This document shows positions 10,323 to 20,708 of a stretch of 64,000 nt of DNA, in pieces. The notes below the pieces were generated by a model that was not told the DNA's origin, made no database searches, and was given only the letters and a program-made list of their open reading frames with translations. The stretch is from a virus (lineage: Duplodnaviria > Caudoviricetes): positions 55,673-119,672 of IMG/VR virus record IMGVR_UViG_3300033463_000038, one strand, 5' to 3'. The first letter of the stretch is position 1, and each line of letters begins with the position of its first letter. Made by a program: the position numbers and the translations under genes.

Positions 10323-11430
10323 TGATATAGAAGAAGTACGTGAAGATGAAGCTGTAGCGTTTCAAGCTCCGGAAGATGTCGTTGTAGAGTACAGCGCTCG
10401 TCAGAGAGACATGTTCAACGGATTTAGCGAAGATCTGTACGGAAACAACTGGTTCATACTGACTACGAACGAAGCTGGTCCACAGGGTACGACAGGAAAA
10501 GCTAGATCGATATGCGGAATTCTGGAAGAGGTTCCAGATCTAAGCTTCAACACCGATGTAGTTGATGGTCCGCAAAAATTCATGGTTGATGCTATGCAGA
10601 GCTTCTTGGGTAGAAGAAGCAGCGGTAATAGCAATCTGCTCTCTGCTGTGACTGGAAAGTTTGGATTCTATTCCAAGCTGGCTAACTCTATGGGAGCAAA
10701 TCTGAATGTCCAGTTAGCTGGAAACTATACGAAGAGAATCTCTAATACTAAGGATTTCCAGAAAGACGGCTTCAAGCTAAAGTTCAAGACATGGAAATAC
10801 CCCGAGCAGCTCTTTGATCCATCATGCATACCCTCTTCACAGAAAGAAGTTATCGACTATCTGTCGAAATATGCTACTGTCTACACACGACCGAGCATAT
10901 TTGGAACACTGGACAAGGCAGTAGATCAGACTATGGCAGCATTTGGAACTCTAGCGCCGGTCGGAAAGAAACTACTGTTCGGTGCAGTCGGTGGAGCAGT
11001 TGACGCTATTGGTACTGGCATCGGAGCTACGTTCGGCACAGAAGCTAAAGCATATTACGACTGGGCTGCTAGAGAACAACTAGGTAGAGAATTCACTGCT
11101 AATAATCAAGCTCCAAAGTCTCCAGAAGAGCTCATAAAAGCGATGGGAGACACTGTAGACAGTGTCCTAGTCAGATCTTGGAATGACAAGCAGAGAATCA
11201 CTCATGGCCAAGAGAAGTTCAATGAATCTCTGCATCGTCTCGACATATTGAGAGCTGGAATTCTGGACACTTACCTTATCGTTGGCGTATCTAACTGGAG
11301 CTATACTCTAGAGCAGGAGACTCTTGGCGAGTCGATGGAAGTTACGATAGATGTTAAGCTAGATCAGAGAATGAGCCGCGACAGGCTGAAGCTGTACGGC
11401 GAAAGAGAAGATATTTTCGGGAAATCCTAA
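10312..11430 (+). CDS. hypothetical virion (baseplate/tube-associated) protein
   Basis: 372 aa overlapping the previous gene; similar overall layout. Confidence 0.5.
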   Translation: MNIDDIEEVREDEAVAFQAPEDVVVEYSARQRDMFNGFSEDLYGNNWFILTTNEAGPQGTTGKARSICGILEEVPDLSFNTDVVDGPQKFMVDAMQSFLGRRSSGNSNLLSAVTGKFGFYSKLANSMGANLNVQLAGNYTKRISNTKDFQKDGFKLKFKTWKYPEQLFDPSCIPSSQKEVIDYLSKYATVYTRPSIFGTLDKAVDQTMAAFGTLAPVGKKLLFGAVGGAVDAIGTGIGATFGTEAKAYYDWAAREQLGREFTANNQAPKSPEELIKAMGDTVDSVLVRSWNDKQRITHGQEKFNESLHRLDILRAGILDTYLIVGVSNWSYTLEQETLGESMEVTIDVKLDQRMSRDRLKLYGEREDIFGKS

Positions 11431-11603
11431 TCGTCGAACTTCTCGCCAGACGGATTATTAGCTTCTCTGAACTCTTCAGCGTGCTTCTTTATCCATTCGC
11501 GAACGAACTCTTCTCCAGGATCACGCCCTATCCGCTCTCCCTCAAGCCACTTCTCACGCTCGATCTCAGCAATCTGCTTCTGCATGAATTCTTTCTCATC
11601 CAT
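11427..11603 (-). CDS. small hypothetical protein (58 aa)
   Basis: AGGAGG SD; MDEKEFMQKQIAEIEREKWLEGERIGRDPGEEFVREWIKKHAEEFR...; not in the ORF track. Confidence 0.65.
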   Translation of the reverse strand: MDEKEFMQKQIAEIEREKWLEGERIGRDPGEEFVREWIKKHAEEFREANNPSGEKFDD

Positions 11604-11612
11604 GTGAGCCTC

Positions 11613-11996
11613 CTAGAGTTTCGAGCTGTCGTGCTCGCTGTTGACGTCTGGAAATTTCTTGTCGTAGTGTTTGAGTCCAGCAGCTTTGCGCTTCTTCATG
11701 CTCTGTTCCCAACTCTTCTTTCTGGCAGTTTCCTTAGCTGCTCTCTTCTTCTGACCAGTGATGCGTCCTCTTGCTCCATCTTCGCTACTATCTCCGCCAC
11801 GCTTACGATGAAGAATTTCTTGCTGAGTCATCCTCACTTCTCTAGGATTGCCATACTCGTCATACTCTACACGCTTTACCCCAGGTTCAGTCGTCTTCCA
11901 CTTGGTGACGACCTTGCCATCTCGAATCATCTTCTTACGCTTCAGTGATTCATTTAGCTCTTGGTTTTCCTTAGTAAATTCGAGAAATCGCAGCAT
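11613..11996 (-). CDS. basic hypothetical protein, probably head-associated
   Basis: AGGAGG SD; MLRFLEFTKE leader like T4 capsid-targeting sequences; K/R-rich. Confidence 0.6.
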   Translation of the reverse strand: MLRFLEFTKENQELNESLKRKKMIRDGKVVTKWKTTEPGVKRVEYDEYGNPREVRMTQQEILHRKRGGDSSEDGARGRITGQKKRAAKETARKKSWEQSMKKRKAAGLKHYDKKFPDVNSEHDSSKL

Positions 11997-12055
11997 ATAG
12001 TCCTCCTTTGGAGTAAAGCGGTCTAATTTATTTATTCGACAGATAAATACAGTAT

Positions 12056-13960
12056 ATGGGAAGATTTTTCGAGCATAGCGACATAGAGCAGCGTACTATA
12101 GAGCGACACGGAACGATCAGTGGCGTAGAAGTCGGAAGTACACAGCAGAGTCAAGTCGACAAGATGCGTGAAGATATGCGAGAGCGATATGGTTGGCTCT
12201 CGCCGAGTCAGTACTATTCAGGACAGTACGACTCGCAGTTTATTCCGAATGAGCTGTTCATATCGCTAACTGACATAGAAGAGTATCGAAAAGGAACTGG
12301 AGAGCTGCCCACTGAAGCGGCAGACAGAACAGAGATACCGCACTACTTCTGGATAGACAGTCTGAGCAACTGGTGTTACTTCAAGATCACAGACGATATG
12401 ACAGCCTTCAAGAAGACCACGTCTCGTTTCGGAAAAGCTGGAAATGCTCTCCTCAATATTGCTTTCTTCGGACTTCCTGGAGCTATCGACGCTATGCAGC
12501 AGGGCAGCTGGTGGAATTTCTTCACTAGCTGGTCTTACAATCTCGCTCTATCTTACGCCGATTTGTCCACTACGACTATCGAAGGCATAGATCAGATCGA
12601 AAGCTTCATATCAGACAACATATTCGGTTTCGAGGAAGAGCTGTTCGGAACAAGCGTACTGAAGAACATGTACTCCAGAATGAACTCGGAGAAATTGACT
12701 CTGGGCGCTATGATGCTCGGTGCTGCTAGCGAGCTCATGTCGACGCGTAGGTCTGCTGCTGTAGGAATTCTATGGGGATGGATTCAATCTGCTTACGATC
12801 TAGCGACTTCAGACGTAGATGCTGAGCCTTACATAGAAGAATTGGCATCAGGAAGTAAGCTTCACAATCTTCCCAGAAACTGCATAAGCTTGTACATGTG
12901 GAACGGATATAAGCGAAACTGGATGCCAGTGAAACAGCTTATCGAAATATACGAGCGTTATTGCAAGCGTTCTAGTTACGATCTAGTCTATACGACAGTC
13001 AAGAATTTCTACGCTCTATTGATAACTACAGGAGAAGACGATATTCTTGACAAATTCCTTGAAACTATCGGACTTCCAATCAACACAGAAGACGAGACGA
13101 TAGAGAATTTCAGACAGAGAGCAAACGACATAAGAGACACTTATGGAAGCAGTGAAAATCTCTTCTGCTCCAAATTTACCGATTTGATAATGGAGATTCC
13201 TCAGGGCATCAACTACTGCTCTCGTTTCCTGTTCATCAACATCTACGGAATCGATCCCGCTTGCATAGAAGCTATCCAGGCAAGATCTCCACTGTCTAAG
13301 AAGCAAACGCTGTACAACTGGGACACTGACGGAGGTTCATGGAGCCAGAAGAAATGGCAAGAGAATATGAGCTTCTGGATCGCATTGCCAAACGACAGCG
13401 CTAAGTTGAAGCTGTACGCGATAGACACATATCAACTCATAAATCGTCCGACTGCGTACAAGTATTGGTTTAATCGAGACTTGAAGGGATATCTTCACAA
13501 GAATATCGGACATCCTTGCTTCATGAGAGGCAATGACGACGTTCTGTGGATGTGCTACTGGATGAGATGGTCAAGCTCTAGAGGTCCTGAGAAGAGTGGT
13601 GGAAGTCTGTTGACTGAAGAGATAACAGTTGAAGGGCTTCAAGACATCATGAAGCTTGACGTTGATAACTGGGAATGCATAGTCGATTCCATGTTCCAGA
13701 AGCACGACGAGTACGGCTTCGAAGACTGGCTGATCAACGGCAACTATACTCTCAACTACAGCAAGTTCACGATCGATGAAGAACAGCCTTCCGAAGTGCT
13801 GTCGTTCGAAGACTCTACTCTAGCTCCTAATAAAGCCGAGCTCGTGAACTCTATCGACGACTACGACGGCGAGACGTTGACTCTGTCTCTATCGAGTGGA
13901 ACTGTCGTATCGAGAGACGATGGAAACGAATACATAGATACTGCTAAGCGTTGGAGATAA
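12056..13960 (+). CDS. hypothetical virion protein (634 aa)
   Basis: Long ORF just after a GATAAATA late-promoter variant. Confidence 0.6.
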   Translation: MGRFFEHSDIEQRTIERHGTISGVEVGSTQQSQVDKMREDMRERYGWLSPSQYYSGQYDSQFIPNELFISLTDIEEYRKGTGELPTEAADRTEIPHYFWIDSLSNWCYFKITDDMTAFKKTTSRFGKAGNALLNIAFFGLPGAIDAMQQGSWWNFFTSWSYNLALSYADLSTTTIEGIDQIESFISDNIFGFEEELFGTSVLKNMYSRMNSEKLTLGAMMLGAASELMSTRRSAAVGILWGWIQSAYDLATSDVDAEPYIEELASGSKLHNLPRNCISLYMWNGYKRNWMPVKQLIEIYERYCKRSSYDLVYTTVKNFYALLITTGEDDILDKFLETIGLPINTEDETIENFRQRANDIRDTYGSSENLFCSKFTDLIMEIPQGINYCSRFLFINIYGIDPACIEAIQARSPLSKKQTLYNWDTDGGSWSQKKWQENMSFWIALPNDSAKLKLYAIDTYQLINRPTAYKYWFNRDLKGYLHKNIGHPCFMRGNDDVLWMCYWMRWSSSRGPEKSGGSLLTEEITVEGLQDIMKLDVDNWECIVDSMFQKHDEYGFEDWLINGNYTLNYSKFTIDEEQPSEVLSFEDSTLAPNKAELVNSIDDYDGETLTLSLSSGTVVSRDDGNEYIDTAKRWR

Positions 13961-13977
13961 CTGCGTGTAAATAATAC

Positions 13978-16900
13978 ATGCGGCAAGTATTCTTCAACAG
14001 CTTTAAAGAGAAAATACTGAAAGGTCAGATTCCGGATGTCATAACAGCGTCCGGAATTCCGTTCACTTCTGAATTTCTAGACACTTACGACAATACGGAC
14101 ATTTCGATCGAGCAGTTTAGAACGCTGTCCGACTTCGACGCTTATTCGAACGGAAATAGCGCTACTAAGTTCGAAGACACTAAGTTTCAATACACTGAAT
14201 ATGGAGTTGAGTACAGCGCCTATTACGACAACGACGTATCCGAGAAGCCTCTATTCATCAACCCAGACAATTATCAAGAGTTTCTCCAGATCTACAGCGG
14301 AGAGATCCGTTATGAAGATTCATACGTAAAAGACAAGTTTGACGGCTACGTCTCAGGTGATGCAAACGTCAACTCCGGATTCTACTATGTCGCAAAGAAG
14401 TCGCAGTTGAAGTGGATCGCTGATAGATGCAACGATGAGAACAACTTCAACAACAGAATCACTGTCGTACTTGGAGACGACATCGGAAATCCTGATGGAA
14501 GCAATCCGGTCGTTCTTGACACTGTTATAGGAAAGAATCCGAACAAGCCGTTCGCTGGAACGTTCGACATGAACGGACATAAGCTGTCTAACCTGATCTT
14601 CAGCTGTAAAGAGAATTCGAACGGACTTATCGGATATCTCGCACCAGACGGAATCGTGAGAGACGCTATCGTCCAAGATCTGACGTTCCGATGCATGAAC
14701 AAAATTTCTCTCGATAAGATTCGCAACGACTGCTCAGACGTAGTCGTCGGAGGTCTTGTCGGTACGAACTATGGTACGGTCGAGAACGTAATCACTTCTG
14801 GAGCATTCCAGTTCAACGAATTCTGCCCAGAAGTGTACTTGACTGAGAATAAGTACGAATATGAGCCTTACGACAACGTTGTCAACAACCGAGATTACAA
14901 CTGCTTCTTCCCGAGCAAATTCTGCATCAACTCGATCAACAACGTCATCCCTTATGTAGGCTACTTCTGTGAAGGTGCAGACAGCTACTTCAACGATATC
15001 GGAAATCCTCTGCTGACTGTGTCTGGCAGCTTCAATCCGACTTATCTGTACATGAATACGCAGAACAATATCAACTGTCTGCTAGGATTGAAGTTCAAGA
15101 CTCATGGATCGAATGACGATAAGCTGTTCGACAAGTCTTACAACTACGACCACTATCTGGAAGGAAAGCTAGCTAACTCAGTCATGTACGACCAGAGCAC
15201 AGTCGAATTAGCTCACGTCATTCCAGAGAACAACTTCTATGTATCGAAGTCATACAACGGAGACGGCTATCACCCTTATAACGACAACTCATACTTCGCA
15301 GACGCTTATCGTCAAAAAGAGATAGACGGCGACGTATGGCTTCTGCCGCCGTTGATTACCCTAGAGAATGACCAGAGAATTCCAGAAAGAGTGCTCACGA
15401 ACACCATCAACAATCTCGGAAGCATAAAGTCTTGGAACGAGAAGCAAGATCAGTCGATAGGAGAGGCGTCGACATATTATCAATATGCTGGTCTCGATAC
15501 TGAGTACGGCTCTTACATAGCTAGACAGATTCGTGACCAGATCCTGATGTATATCAAATCTGGCGAAAAGGTTACGACTCACCAGAAGATGAACCCTTAC
15601 AGCCGCATCGCTTACTTCTGCTCACCAATCGTCGGAAACAACTTTGGAACGATTCGAGAGATCGACTGCCGTCATACGATCAAGGAAACTCGAGATACGT
15701 TTGTCGGCTTCATCGGAAACGTATGCGGAAAAGAGAACTGCGGCGACATATATGACGTCAACTCTATTCTCGACATAGAGGCTATCCCTACATCTGCGCA
15801 TTCTGAACGTACTAACGTCTACACGAACAATCTCAACTTCAAGCCGACCTATCCAGACGACTACGCTAACCTAGTCAACGTATTCGGCTATAACTGGGAC
15901 TATTATCAGATCGACAATGGACTCAGTCCAGAAGACATGGAGAAATACTCTGCCGTATCGGCTTCAGCTGTAAGCGTATCAGACCGCTTCTACCGCTATC
16001 ACGATCTAGGAACTGGAACATATTCAGGAGTTCAAAGAAACAAGCTAGATGACTACGTATTCAATCGCATTCCTTACGTAGACACTTATGAAGCTAACGA
16101 ATACTGCAACTTCAACCTTCCAGAGGGAGAAACCAGCGCAGCATCGTCTAAGATTCCTTCTGCGATCAGAAACAGCAAGCTAAAGCTAGACATCGAAGGA
16201 GGAAACGCAAAGCCTGACACATTTACGCTTCAGATGAGCGTAGATCCTGAAGACGTATCGAAATATTCGACATTCAAGCTGTTCAACCCATACGATGCAG
16301 ACAAGAGAGACAACGTATATGAGAAGCTGAATATCTCTTCAGCTGACGTAGAAGACGGATTTAGCAGAATCTCTGTCGAGCATCTGGACTACAGTCAAAT
16401 TGGAGATGCATGCAAATACACGTCGTTGCAAGATAAGCCGAATTTCGGTTCCATCGGAGATCACAAGATCACGATGGAAGACGTCATGACGTACTGCACA
16501 GCATTCACTGGAACACTCGGAAAGACGATCGACAACGCTTATGAGTTCGCAAAGAACCTGATGGACGCTAAAGTCGCTATCGGATGCGAGATGTTGGCTA
16601 ATCCGAAGCTCGACGTCAATTACGTATTCCCAGGAGGAAATGAACCTTTCGCTACTGACGCTGGTCTCTTCGGTACTACGAATAACAACGGTCCATACAT
16701 CATTCCAGCTCACACTGGGCCAAATGACACTGATACAGATAAAGATCTCGGCTCTGACATAGCCGACATGTGCTGGTTCATGCAGCCTGGAGTATATCAG
16801 AATGCGACGAACGGACCGAAGGCTTATGATCCAGCGGTCATTCAATACGTAGGATCGAACTGCGACGAAGTTACTCTGAACAGCGGAAATACTGCTAACC

Positions 16901-19287
16901 GTCTCAACTACTTCTGCAGCATATCTCCTAACGGCCGTTGGGATCTGTACGGCAAGTGTCCATCGAATCCCATCGATCTGCCGGATACATTCAACGAGCA
17001 AGAGAACTACGCTAAGGCTTCAATACCGAGATCGACTGTAGAGATCGACATCAGAAGCGGCGCAGACGAGCTCATCGAGAAGATCACAGAAGCTGCTTCT
17101 ACATCAAGCGGATGGAGTGAGTTGATCGGAAATCAAGAATACGAAGCTTCGATCAACAAGATATACGTTCCTGTCGCTAACAGGACTCAGAACGACGCTT
17201 ATCAGTCTCAAACGTTCGAGGGAGTAAACGTATCGGGCATCTATCTACATGAGGTCGCACAGCAGAGAAGATGGCGTGATTCTGGAAATTTCCCATCCAC
17301 GCCAGAAGATGCGAATCCAGATCAAGTCGGCAACCTAGACAAGATGTACATCGATCTGTCAATCGCTGTCAAGAAGGACGATGACTATCTCGTCTATCCG
17401 ATGATAGTCGAGATTCCAGTCAAGGAGATGTATCTGCCAATATCTTGCGTGAAGGGATCTGAGCCTTGGGAATTTACGATCAACTACTACTCAGAAGATC
17501 TCGCTAATACGATAAACGAAGATATCGCAATCAATAGAAGAGATGTCGAATACTATCACCTGATTCCTGCATACGACATGTATGACGTAGCCGAAGAGGA
17601 ATTAGCATACCTTCTCAAGTCGATATACAACGTCGGCGGAATCTGCGGAATGATCAACCATTCTCAACGATTCATCGAGCACGGAAACTACGATCTCACA
17701 AGCAACGGATATACTTCAGATGTCGATAATCGAGTGACCAACAGAGCAGAGACTGGCTCAATCAGAAACTGTTGCGTAAAGATCACAGACAAGACAGTCA
17801 AATTCATCAATGATACTCTTCTCAACGAGAAGGTCGATGGAGAACTGGTAGAGAAGAACGACCATACTATCGCTATCGCTAACAAGTTCGGTGGCGTAGC
17901 TGCTATCTACGAATATCGTCAAAACGACATGGGAACAAGTCCGAAGACTATGATTCCTGGAGCAGATCTTGATGGTCTGCAGCGTATCGACTTCCAGAAA
18001 TTCAAGATCGAGAATGTCGTCGTAGCTGGTTCTGACAATTTCTACACAGGAACGACAGTGACTCCAGCAGAGGCAGCGAACCGTTCACTGTTCAAGATAT
18101 TCAGCAAGGTATTCTCTCCGTTGGTCGAATGGAGCAACATAAGCAACATTCTCGATACTACTAACTTCTATCTAATCAACGACGAGAGATCATACTCTAT
18201 CAATTACTGCTCTAGACAGAGTTCAAACTTCCCGATCGCTGGAAACGTTCATCAGGACTTCGGCGTATCAGACTGGGAGATGGTCAACGGACCAGGAACG
18301 TTCATCGGTACGACAGACGCTCGTCTCCTAGCAGACGCATGGCCAGTCATAGACGTCGACAGAGCTGCTCCGACTCAAGACGAAGATCTGCACTCGATGA
18401 AGATATACGAGAGAAAGTTCAATCGGGTCGGAAGCAATTCGACTGGCGTAGACACTATGGTCTTCTCAAGCGACAGATATCCTCGATTGAGCTTCACAAA
18501 GAGATACGATCTGATGCCGTCTGTTCTCTTCTCGATCAACGGCTTCAATCTCTACGGCGACATCGACGATCCGGATTACGAGATGGATTCTCACATGAGT
18601 CCAGTCGCTAACGCGTCTTGCAGCGAGTACAACGACATCTATGAACAGATGCTGTCTGGAAATGGCCACTACGTCAACAGAAAGTTGAGTAAGCCAATCA
18701 TGCATGCTCCTCTGAAGATGAACGGCGATTCTTACCATCTAGCTCTAGCGATGAGAGTCCAGTTAATGCCTATAATCAACTACCGCTTGATCGAGTTCTT
18801 CGAGTGGAGATATCAGGAGAACGGCGGAATCACAGACAGATACTTCACGTGGGATTACGATACACAGGAAGTAGAGAAATCTGAGCTGAGATTTACGATA
18901 AGATACTGGCAGCATGCTCTGTGGATCCATCAGCATGACCGAGCAGACTACGATCCGATACTGCGCTATCCGATGAGAGATGACGAAGTGACTAACGACG
19001 GATCGAACATTCATCTCGGCTACATGCCGTCGAGATACGGCATCGTTCGTCTGCTCAACACCCTCGATCTTGACATCGGAGAAGATCTGTACGACGAAGG
19101 AAGAGCTATAGAGGGCGAGGACTTCAGAGGAATTCTTCTCTTCGACTTATCGGACAATTCGCTGATCGCTCTCTTCGACCGTGGCTATGGAGCTGATATG
19201 AACAACGGAACTTATGTCGCAGAGCTGAAGAACAAGATGAGCATCGGACCTCTTCGCTACGGAAGATTAGCTGAGCTGACAGTGTAA
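13978..19287 (+). CDS. very large tail fibre/adhesin-like protein with GLUG-type motifs
   Basis: 1769 aa; FAGTFDMNGHKLSNL, VGGLVGTNYGTVEN, VGGICG motifs; N/D/Y-rich. Confidence 0.6.
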   Translation: MRQVFFNSFKEKILKGQIPDVITASGIPFTSEFLDTYDNTDISIEQFRTLSDFDAYSNGNSATKFEDTKFQYTEYGVEYSAYYDNDVSEKPLFINPDNYQEFLQIYSGEIRYEDSYVKDKFDGYVSGDANVNSGFYYVAKKSQLKWIADRCNDENNFNNRITVVLGDDIGNPDGSNPVVLDTVIGKNPNKPFAGTFDMNGHKLSNLIFSCKENSNGLIGYLAPDGIVRDAIVQDLTFRCMNKISLDKIRNDCSDVVVGGLVGTNYGTVENVITSGAFQFNEFCPEVYLTENKYEYEPYDNVVNNRDYNCFFPSKFCINSINNVIPYVGYFCEGADSYFNDIGNPLLTVSGSFNPTYLYMNTQNNINCLLGLKFKTHGSNDDKLFDKSYNYDHYLEGKLANSVMYDQSTVELAHVIPENNFYVSKSYNGDGYHPYNDNSYFADAYRQKEIDGDVWLLPPLITLENDQRIPERVLTNTINNLGSIKSWNEKQDQSIGEASTYYQYAGLDTEYGSYIARQIRDQILMYIKSGEKVTTHQKMNPYSRIAYFCSPIVGNNFGTIREIDCRHTIKETRDTFVGFIGNVCGKENCGDIYDVNSILDIEAIPTSAHSERTNVYTNNLNFKPTYPDDYANLVNVFGYNWDYYQIDNGLSPEDMEKYSAVSASAVSVSDRFYRYHDLGTGTYSGVQRNKLDDYVFNRIPYVDTYEANEYCNFNLPEGETSAASSKIPSAIRNSKLKLDIEGGNAKPDTFTLQMSVDPEDVSKYSTFKLFNPYDADKRDNVYEKLNISSADVEDGFSRISVEHLDYSQIGDACKYTSLQDKPNFGSIGDHKITMEDVMTYCTAFTGTLGKTIDNAYEFAKNLMDAKVAIGCEMLANPKLDVNYVFPGGNEPFATDAGLFGTTNNNGPYIIPAHTGPNDTDTDKDLGSDIADMCWFMQPGVYQNATNGPKAYDPAVIQYVGSNCDEVTLNSGNTANRLNYFCSISPNGRWDLYGKCPSNPIDLPDTFNEQENYAKASIPRSTVEIDIRSGADELIEKITEAASTSSGWSELIGNQEYEASINKIYVPVANRTQNDAYQSQTFEGVNVSGIYLHEVAQQRRWRDSGNFPSTPEDANPDQVGNLDKMYIDLSIAVKKDDDYLVYPMIVEIPVKEMYLPISCVKGSEPWEFTINYYSEDLANTINEDIAINRRDVEYYHLIPAYDMYDVAEEELAYLLKSIYNVGGICGMINHSQRFIEHGNYDLTSNGYTSDVDNRVTNRAETGSIRNCCVKITDKTVKFINDTLLNEKVDGELVEKNDHTIAIANKFGGVAAIYEYRQNDMGTSPKTMIPGADLDGLQRIDFQKFKIENVVVAGSDNFYTGTTVTPAEAANRSLFKIFSKVFSPLVEWSNISNILDTTNFYLINDERSYSINYCSRQSSNFPIAGNVHQDFGVSDWEMVNGPGTFIGTTDARLLADAWPVIDVDRAAPTQDEDLHSMKIYERKFNRVGSNSTGVDTMVFSSDRYPRLSFTKRYDLMPSVLFSINGFNLYGDIDDPDYEMDSHMSPVANASCSEYNDIYEQMLSGNGHYVNRKLSKPIMHAPLKMNGDSYHLALAMRVQLMPIINYRLIEFFEWRYQENGGITDRYFTWDYDTQEVEKSELRFTIRYWQHALWIHQHDRADYDPILRYPMRDDEVTNDGSNIHLGYMPSRYGIVRLLNTLDLDIGEDLYDEGRAIEGEDFRGILLFDLSDNSLIALFDRGYGADMNNGTYVAELKNKMSIGPLRYGRLAELTV

Positions 19288-19297
19288 AGGAGAAACT

Positions 19298-20017
19298 ATG
19301 AAATACATCACTTACGACTCTTTCATCGACTATCTCTTCTCAGACGACAGCAAATCGGATACGTACAACAAGCTGACGGCTTGGCTGATCAAGTCGGGAG
19401 GTGTCGAGACGTTCCGTATAACGAACGGAGATTTCAGCATACCAGTCGAGACAGTAGAGAGATTCTCTGTTCCGAACAGTGACTTCGAAAAGTCTCCGTA
19501 TTCGTACGACTGCAGGCCATCAGTCTCTAATTCGAACGGAATGATGTCAGAGACAGACAAGACATATCAAGAGATATTCAACATTCCGGCGAAAGAGAAC
19601 CTATCAGAGTGCAAGTACATCAATTCGTTCGTACAGAAACAGCAATGGAACGAACTGCTGAAAGAAGATGAGAGTGGTTCAAGTCAGGGCAGCGGTCCTC
19701 GTGTCGACAACGACAGCGATGATCCAGCGTACCAGACTCTCAAAGGAGAAATTCCGTTCAAAGACGAGTACGACGAAGCAGAGTACGACTCCTATGGAAT
19801 TCCTCTGGACTTTCTCAACAGCGACGATCCAGCAGTCATCGCAGAAGAGCTGTTGAAGTTCTACGGCAACAAGATAACGACTCCGATAGGATGCTTGATC
19901 GGAGTCTTGAAGAACGATCTAGTGTTTCCTATCGGGTATATCGACTTCGAGAACGTGAAGCCGTCTACAAGGATCGAGATCAAGTTCGATCCGAGAGGTT
20001 TTCTTCAGTTGAAATGA
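19298..20017 (+). CDS. tail-associated protein, apparent paralogue of the termini of 13978..19287
   Basis: YDSFIDYL N-terminus and PIGYIDF...IEIKFDPRGFLQL C-terminus; AAGGAG SD. Confidence 0.5.
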   Translation: MKYITYDSFIDYLFSDDSKSDTYNKLTAWLIKSGGVETFRITNGDFSIPVETVERFSVPNSDFEKSPYSYDCRPSVSNSNGMMSETDKTYQEIFNIPAKENLSECKYINSFVQKQQWNELLKEDESGSSQGSGPRVDNDSDDPAYQTLKGEIPFKDEYDEAEYDSYGIPLDFLNSDDPAVIAEELLKFYGNKITTPIGCLIGVLKNDLVFPIGYIDFENVKPSTRIEIKFDPRGFLQLK

Positions 20018-20419
20018 TCAGAGAAGCTGACGAGCGGTGACGGGCATGACGTAGTAGACCACTCGGCCTTTAGTGCCCTTGTCACGACGGAGAGCGAATC
20101 TTGCAGCGCCTCTGATGTAAGCTGGCAGCTTCTTAGAGTCGTACTTGTCGCACATCACTACGGCAGTGACCTGAGCGACGACGTCGTCATTAGAGAGATT
20201 ATCCAAAGGTATCTGCTCTTCCCAGAGAGAGCGGTGCATCGTGATCTCGCAGTTCTTGTCTCCTCGCTGGATAGACTTGAACTCGGCTTCGAACTGCTTA
20301 TAGAGAATGTCGTTGTTGATCAGCTCGCATGCGAAAGCGTCGCAGAATGCGATATCTTCAGCCCAGCTCATCGAGACGAGGAGCGCGAGCGCGAGAATGA
20401 TAGAGTTGAGCAGTTTCAT
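20018..20419 (-). CDS. exported early protein with signal peptide
   Basis: MKLLNSIILALALLVSMSWA Sec signal; 4 Cys; own early promoter. Confidence 0.7.
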   Translation of the reverse strand: MKLLNSIILALALLVSMSWAEDIAFCDAFACELINNDILYKQFEAEFKSIQRGDKNCEITMHRSLWEEQIPLDNLSNDDVVAQVTAVVMCDKYDSKKLPAYIRGAARFALRRDKGTKGRVVYYVMPVTARQLL

Positions 20420-20454
20420 TTGAGTTTCTCCGGTTAAAGTTCTTTTACATATAC

Positions 20455-20483
20455 AATATAAGTATTTTCAAGAGAAATCTAAA
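20455..20483 (-). promoter_or_regulatory. early promoter, TTTAGA-N17-TATATT
   Basis: Minus strand reads TTTAGAtttctcttgaaaatactTATATT, identical to the copies at 34436 and 34896. Confidence 0.75.
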
Positions 20484-20586
20484 CAGAAAATTGAGATTTT
20501 CTCATTTTTTCTGAATATGAGACGAAATATGCCATTATGCTTAAATTGAGTATATTTGACGTTTGAGCTATTATAAATAACAGGAC

Positions 20587-20708
20587 GAACTGCTGAGAAG
20601 TCGAAATAGTCTATATTTTAAACAAAGAGTTTACGATACGACCCATTGGTGCATCTTTCTTAGCAGTTCCTTTGCACTAGTGGGTCGTATTTCTTTAGGA
20701 ACTGCTGA
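20587..20708 (+). promoter_or_regulatory. structured 5' leader (18-bp stem with SD-sequestering pseudoknot) of the Rep-like gene
   Basis: Stem 20636-20653/20673-20690 with two G-U pairs; loop complementary to both 20697-20708 (SD) and 20587-20600. Confidence 0.65.
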
